A stretch of 51,842 bases of DNA, taken from NCBI GenBank assembly GCA_046153645.1, contig JBJXGI010000092.1, positions 1-51,842 on the forward strand, given 5' to 3'. Shown piece by piece: positions 48,265 to 51,842 of this stretch. Origin of the DNA: Elusimicrobiota bacterium (GTDB lineage: Bacteria; Elusimicrobiota; Elusimicrobia; F11). Each line of letters opens with the position of its first letter. Position 1 is the first letter of the stretch. The notes below the pieces were generated by a model. It was given only the letters and a program-made list of their open reading frames with translations, was not told where the DNA came from and ran no database searches. Position numbers and translations under genes: made by a program.

Positions 48265-49238
48265 GAGTTTCTATCGAGGAGTATTTCGGCTAAATTATGA
48301 AGTAAATCTTTCGGAGATCCTTCTGGGAGTGCGTCCAACCGGCTCATCGCTTTTTTAACATAATCTTTGGCGGTTTCATCAGCATAACGGATGGAGCCAG
48401 CCTCTTTCATTTGATCAATAAGTTGGGTTAACTGACCATTGGGATGTTTTAAATTCTCAATAAGAGAACTAACCTGCTCATTCGATTTCAATTGATTACG
48501 ATAGTGAATCAAGGGCAATGTCATCTTTCCATTGTTTAGATCAGTCCGGAGGGTTTTTCCGACAATAGATTCATCTCCTGTGAGATCTAATAAATCATCT
48601 TTAATTTGAAAAGCAATCCCGAGTTCAATACCGAAATCTTCAAGAGCCCTTTGTATGGTTAAATCTTGACCTGCCAAAACCGCTCCAGATCTAGCTGAAA
48701 CGCCAAAAAGCGTAGCTGTTTTTTTGGTGATAAACGACATATAATCCTGCTCAGATAAATCGAATTTATAACGCGCTTTTAATTGTTCGATCTCCCCTGA
48801 ACACATAAGAGCCGTTGACCCGGCAAGCAACTGAATTAAAAGTGGATTTCCTAATTGCGCTACTTTTTGGAAAGCATAAGTAAAAATATGATCACCCAAT
48901 AATACCGCGGTATCAACACCCTCTTGTTCCGAAACAGTTTTTTGTCCACGCCTTAACGCAGAATGATCGATAACATCATCGTGCACCAATGTTGCGATGT
49001 GCACTAACTCTACTGCTTGAGCCACTGTAAAAACATCATTTTTTTGAGGATTTGCTAAACGAGAGGCAAGAAAGACAAGAGCAGGGCGGACACGTTTTCC
49101 AGAACCAATCAAAACAAATTTCAATAAATCACCCAAATAACCATCCGTTGTTTTGGCTAGTTTTTCGAGATTTTCATTAAGCTGATCAAGGTCAGATGAT
49201 AAAGCTTTTTTTAAACTCTCAGCGATAAAAAGCTTCAA
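48261..49238 (-). CDS. Polyprenyl diphosphate synthase
   Basis: GKRVRP, LVHDDVID...RRG, KTA, AFQIKDDLLD, GKMTLP. Confidence 0.93.
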   Translation of the reverse strand: MKLFIAESLKKALSSDLDQLNENLEKLAKTTDGYLGDLLKFVLIGSGKRVRPALVFLASRLANPQKNDVFTVAQAVELVHIATLVHDDVIDHSALRRGQKTVSEQEGVDTAVLLGDHIFTYAFQKVAQLGNPLLIQLLAGSTALMCSGEIEQLKARYKFDLSEQDYMSFITKKTATLFGVSARSGAVLAGQDLTIQRALEDFGIELGIAFQIKDDLLDLTGDESIVGKTLRTDLNNGKMTLPLIHYRNQLKSNEQVSSLIENLKHPNGQLTQLIDQMKEAGSIRYADETAKDYVKKAMSRLDALPEGSPKDLLHNLAEILLDRNS

Positions 49239-49259
49239 AAGGATTCTCCTAAGAAGATA

Positions 49260-50738
49260 TTACGACCCAATCACAAGTCGCACCCAACCCAAAAGCGGAG
49301 AAGGCGCAATACCGGCAACAAGAGTAATAACCAAAGAAATCGTAAGACAACATAAAAGGGCTGGAGAAAAAAATGGTTCAGCAGAAAGAGCAGGGTCGCC
49401 AAAAAACATAGTTCTCACCACTTTTAAATAGTAATAAACTGAAATGACACTGTTAATAACCGCCACAACACCCAACCATATTAAGTCAGGGGATTTAACA
49501 ACCGCCGCAAAAATCGAGAATTTCCCAATAAAACCTGAGAGAGGTGGAATTCCAGTTAAAGAAAGCATGAAAATAAACAGTGCAATAGATAATCCAAATG
49601 ATTTGTGATAAAGACCAGTAAAGGCTTTAATATCATGTGATTGTTGACGATTAGAAACCATAATTAAAATAGAAAACACACCCATATTCATAAAAATATA
49701 AACGAAAGTGTAAATCATAACAGCTTGATTTCCTAAATTACCACCCGCCACCATAGCTACTAGAATATAACCGACTTGCGCAATAGAGGAATAAGCCAAG
49801 AGACGTTTTAAATTGGTTTGATGAAGAGCGCCTAAATTTCCCACAGTCATAGTTATGGCAGCTAAAGCAGCAAGCAAAGGGGTAAGGCCAATAGCAGCAT
49901 GATTACCAAATAAACGCATTAAAAAACCAAGTGCCGCAGCTTTCGGAGCAACAGAGAGGAAAGCAGTGATGGGGGTTGGCGCTGCTTCATAAGCGTCAGG
50001 AGCCCACATATGAAAAGGAGCCATCGACAACTTAAAACCAAAACCGGCAATTAAGAAAACCATGATTACGCTTAAAGCTAAGTCTCTTGTATAGGGCGAA
50101 GCGGATAGATTCATGAGGGCATCAATCGAAGTTGTCCCAAAATAACCATAGAAATATGAAATACCATAAAGGAGAATTCCAGTTGAAAGAGTACCCACTA
50201 AGAAAAATTTTATGGCTCCTTCAGAAGAAGAACGTCGTTTTAATACAAACCCTGTTAAAATAAAAGAAGATATACTCAACAACTCCAACGCAATAACCGC
50301 CATAAGAAAATCAACAGATCCAACTAAAAACATCATTCCTACGACAGCAAAAAGAAGTAAGGCCGTATATGTCCCCATTTCCGTTGAATCTTGCAATTCA
50401 GATTCTTCAAGTGAAAGCCACAACACCATAATAACAGCCGCAATAATGCAAAGTTTGAAAAACATCGCTAGTGAATCAATAGAAATCATTCCAAAAACAA
50501 GCCCATATTGAACCCAAGCTTCCCTAACAACAGAAGGTTCAAAACCAAACACAGATGCCAAAGGCACCGCGCCAGTGAATAGAAACATCAACTGGTGAAG
50601 CCCTGCAACAAAAAGACTAAAAATCCCACAATGAATCCACAAGCGGCGTTTTCCTGGAAAAAAAGCTTCTCCCAACAATAATGAAAGAGCCACAATTGTG
50701 AGGAAAATTTCAGGAAGAATAAGAATCAGTTGTTTCAT
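49260..50738 (-). CDS. nuoN: NADH-quinone oxidoreductase subunit N
   Basis: PEI, EGAIKFF, FKLS.APFHMWAPDAYE, KRLLAYSSIAQ.GY, GIPPLSGFIGKF. Confidence 0.94.
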   Translation of the reverse strand: MKQLILILPEIFLTIVALSLLLGEAFFPGKRRLWIHCGIFSLFVAGLHQLMFLFTGAVPLASVFGFEPSVVREAWVQYGLVFGMISIDSLAMFFKLCIIAAVIMVLWLSLEESELQDSTEMGTYTALLLFAVVGMMFLVGSVDFLMAVIALELLSISSFILTGFVLKRRSSSEGAIKFFLVGTLSTGILLYGISYFYGYFGTTSIDALMNLSASPYTRDLALSVIMVFLIAGFGFKLSMAPFHMWAPDAYEAAPTPITAFLSVAPKAAALGFLMRLFGNHAAIGLTPLLAALAAITMTVGNLGALHQTNLKRLLAYSSIAQVGYILVAMVAGGNLGNQAVMIYTFVYIFMNMGVFSILIMVSNRQQSHDIKAFTGLYHKSFGLSIALFIFMLSLTGIPPLSGFIGKFSIFAAVVKSPDLIWLGVVAVINSVISVYYYLKVVRTMFFGDPALSAEPFFSPALLCCLTISLVITLVAGIAPSPLLGWVRLVIGS

Positions 50739-50750
50739 TATTTTTCCTCT

Positions 50751-51842
50751 TTAGAAATGACCTGTGACAGTACGAATAAGTTGTGTGATAGAGGTGTCCA
50801 TCAACTTTAGAACAAGTGAGGGGTAAACTCCAAAAACAATAGTGAGAATCGCTAAAGGAACGACTGTAACCAATTCTCTAAAAGTCATATCAGGCATTTT
50901 ACCTTCCCACTTTGAATTAAACTCTCCCATCAGAACCATTTTCAACATTTTCAAAAAGAAAGCGGCTGTTACAACAATGCCAATCACTGAAATTCCAGTC
51001 CAAATTTTGAAGTTATGACCATCAAAACTTCCACCAAATCCACCTAAGAAACAAAGAAACTCAGATACAAAACCAGCTAAGCCGGGTAACCCTAAAGAAG
51101 CCATCACTTGGATAATAAGGAAACCTGCAAAAATAGGCGTTTTAGAAGCCAACCCACCAAAAGCGTCAATATCACGGGTATGCGCTCGATCATAAATAAC
51201 ACCTACCAAGAGGAAAAGAGACCCAGTAATAATTCCATGATTAACCATTTGTAATACTGCCCCAGAAATTCCTGCGTGAGCGGCATTGGGGTTTCCCATA
51301 ATAGCTGCCAAGCCAAGTAAACAATATCCCATATGATTGACAGATGAATAGGCGACCATTCGTTTCATGTCTTTTTGAGACATGGCACAAAACGCGCCAT
51401 AGACGATATTAATCATTGCAATAATAACCAAATAAGGGAGGAATACTTTGGTTGCTTCAGGCAAAATAGGATAACAAACTCTTAATATCCCGTAGGTCCC
51501 CATCTTAAGGAGGACACCAGCCAAAATAACACTAACAGCTGTTGGTGCTTCAACGTGAGCCAAAGGAAGCCAGGTATGAAATGGAAATGCTGGAATTTTA
51601 ATAGCAAAAGCTAAATAAAGACCTAAGAAAATAAGCATCCCGGCACAAGCGGTAAATTGTAATTGTTTCGATGCAGCCATTTCAGCCAACTTGACCAAAT
51701 CAAGAGTACGTTCCGATCCTGGAAGTCCTGTTCCACTCGCGAAATAAATAGCAAGCATGCTGAGTAACATAAATACACTTCCAAAAAGAGTGAACAAGAA
51801 AAACTTCACCGCAGCATATTCTCTTTTTGGTCCTCCCCAAAC
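50751..51842 (-). CDS. nuoM: NADH-quinone oxidoreductase subunit M (5' truncated by window edge)
   Basis: Frame open to edge (WGGPKREYAAVKFF); PFHTWLPLAHVEAPT, LLKMGTYG, AYSSVNHMG, GLPGLAGFVSEF. Confidence 0.94.
   Translation of the reverse strand, partial: VWGGPKREYAAVKFFLFTLFGSVFMLLSMLAIYFASGTGLPGSERTLDLVKLAEMAASKQLQFTACAGMLIFLGLYLAFAIKIPAFPFHTWLPLAHVEAPTAVSVILAGVLLKMGTYGILRVCYPILPEATKVFLPYLVIIAMINIVYGAFCAMSQKDMKRMVAYSSVNHMGYCLLGLAAIMGNPNAAHAGISGAVLQMVNHGIITGSLFLLVGVIYDRAHTRDIDAFGGLASKTPIFAGFLIIQVMASLGLPGLAGFVSEFLCFLGGFGGSFDGHNFKIWTGISVIGIVVTAAFFLKMLKMVLMGEFNSKWEGKMPDMTFRELVTVVPLAILTIVFGVYPSLVLKLMDTSITQLIRTVTGHF

Noticed and set aside
2394..50511. Numerous 60-160 aa ORFs antisense to or nested in larger genes (e.g. 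6407-6877, 14030-14338, 17391-17810, 35489-35875)
   Set aside because: They overlap well-supported genes and show no recognisable motifs; shadow ORFs.
1..51842. CRISPR array, tRNA/rRNA, prophage or integrase
   Set aside because: No regularly spaced repeats, RNA-gene signatures or phage/mobility hallmark genes recognised by eye.

Overview
AT-rich chromosomal window from a diderm bacterium (TonB-dependent receptor, TolC, OmpA, Tat). The style is loosely reminiscent of Elusimicrobiota, but taxonomy cannot be established from sequence alone. No rRNA, tRNA, CRISPR array or intact transposase was recognised. The left part (1-18.6 kb) is accessory-like. It holds a minus-strand operon of exported His/Cys-rich proteins and putative outer-membrane barrels bracketed by a nitroreductase and a pirin, two beta-carbonic anhydrases, exported hypotheticals (including an unannotated 52-aa lipoprotein), two toxin-antitoxin modules around a tandem paralog pair, and a uORF-TonB receptor-PepSY_TM operon with a REP doublet. 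The middle holds a CPA2 antiporter, TolC-MacA-MacB, Crp/Fnr-CBS-GGDEF-2-hydroxyacid dehydrogenase, a cytochrome c oxidase operon, icd, higBA and pyk. The right part holds OmpA, ABC-F, ArsC-like, rnr, engB, a histidine-kinase remnant, a sigma54-type promoter ahead of a receiver/tri-haem peroxidase/DAHL kinase operon, sbp, tatC, polyprenyl synthase and nuoNM. Best candidates for new biology: (i) the exported metal-handling operon with a shared MerB/NosL-like Cys domain and a metallothionein-like tail, (ii) a CruR-like arrest-peptide uORF, (iii) a 12-aa Lys-rich peptide gene with its own RBS and a downstream terminator, (iv) the peroxidase-coupled two-component system, (v) a TATGA-N6-TCATA regulon. 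All family assignments come from motif recognition by eye, not database searches.
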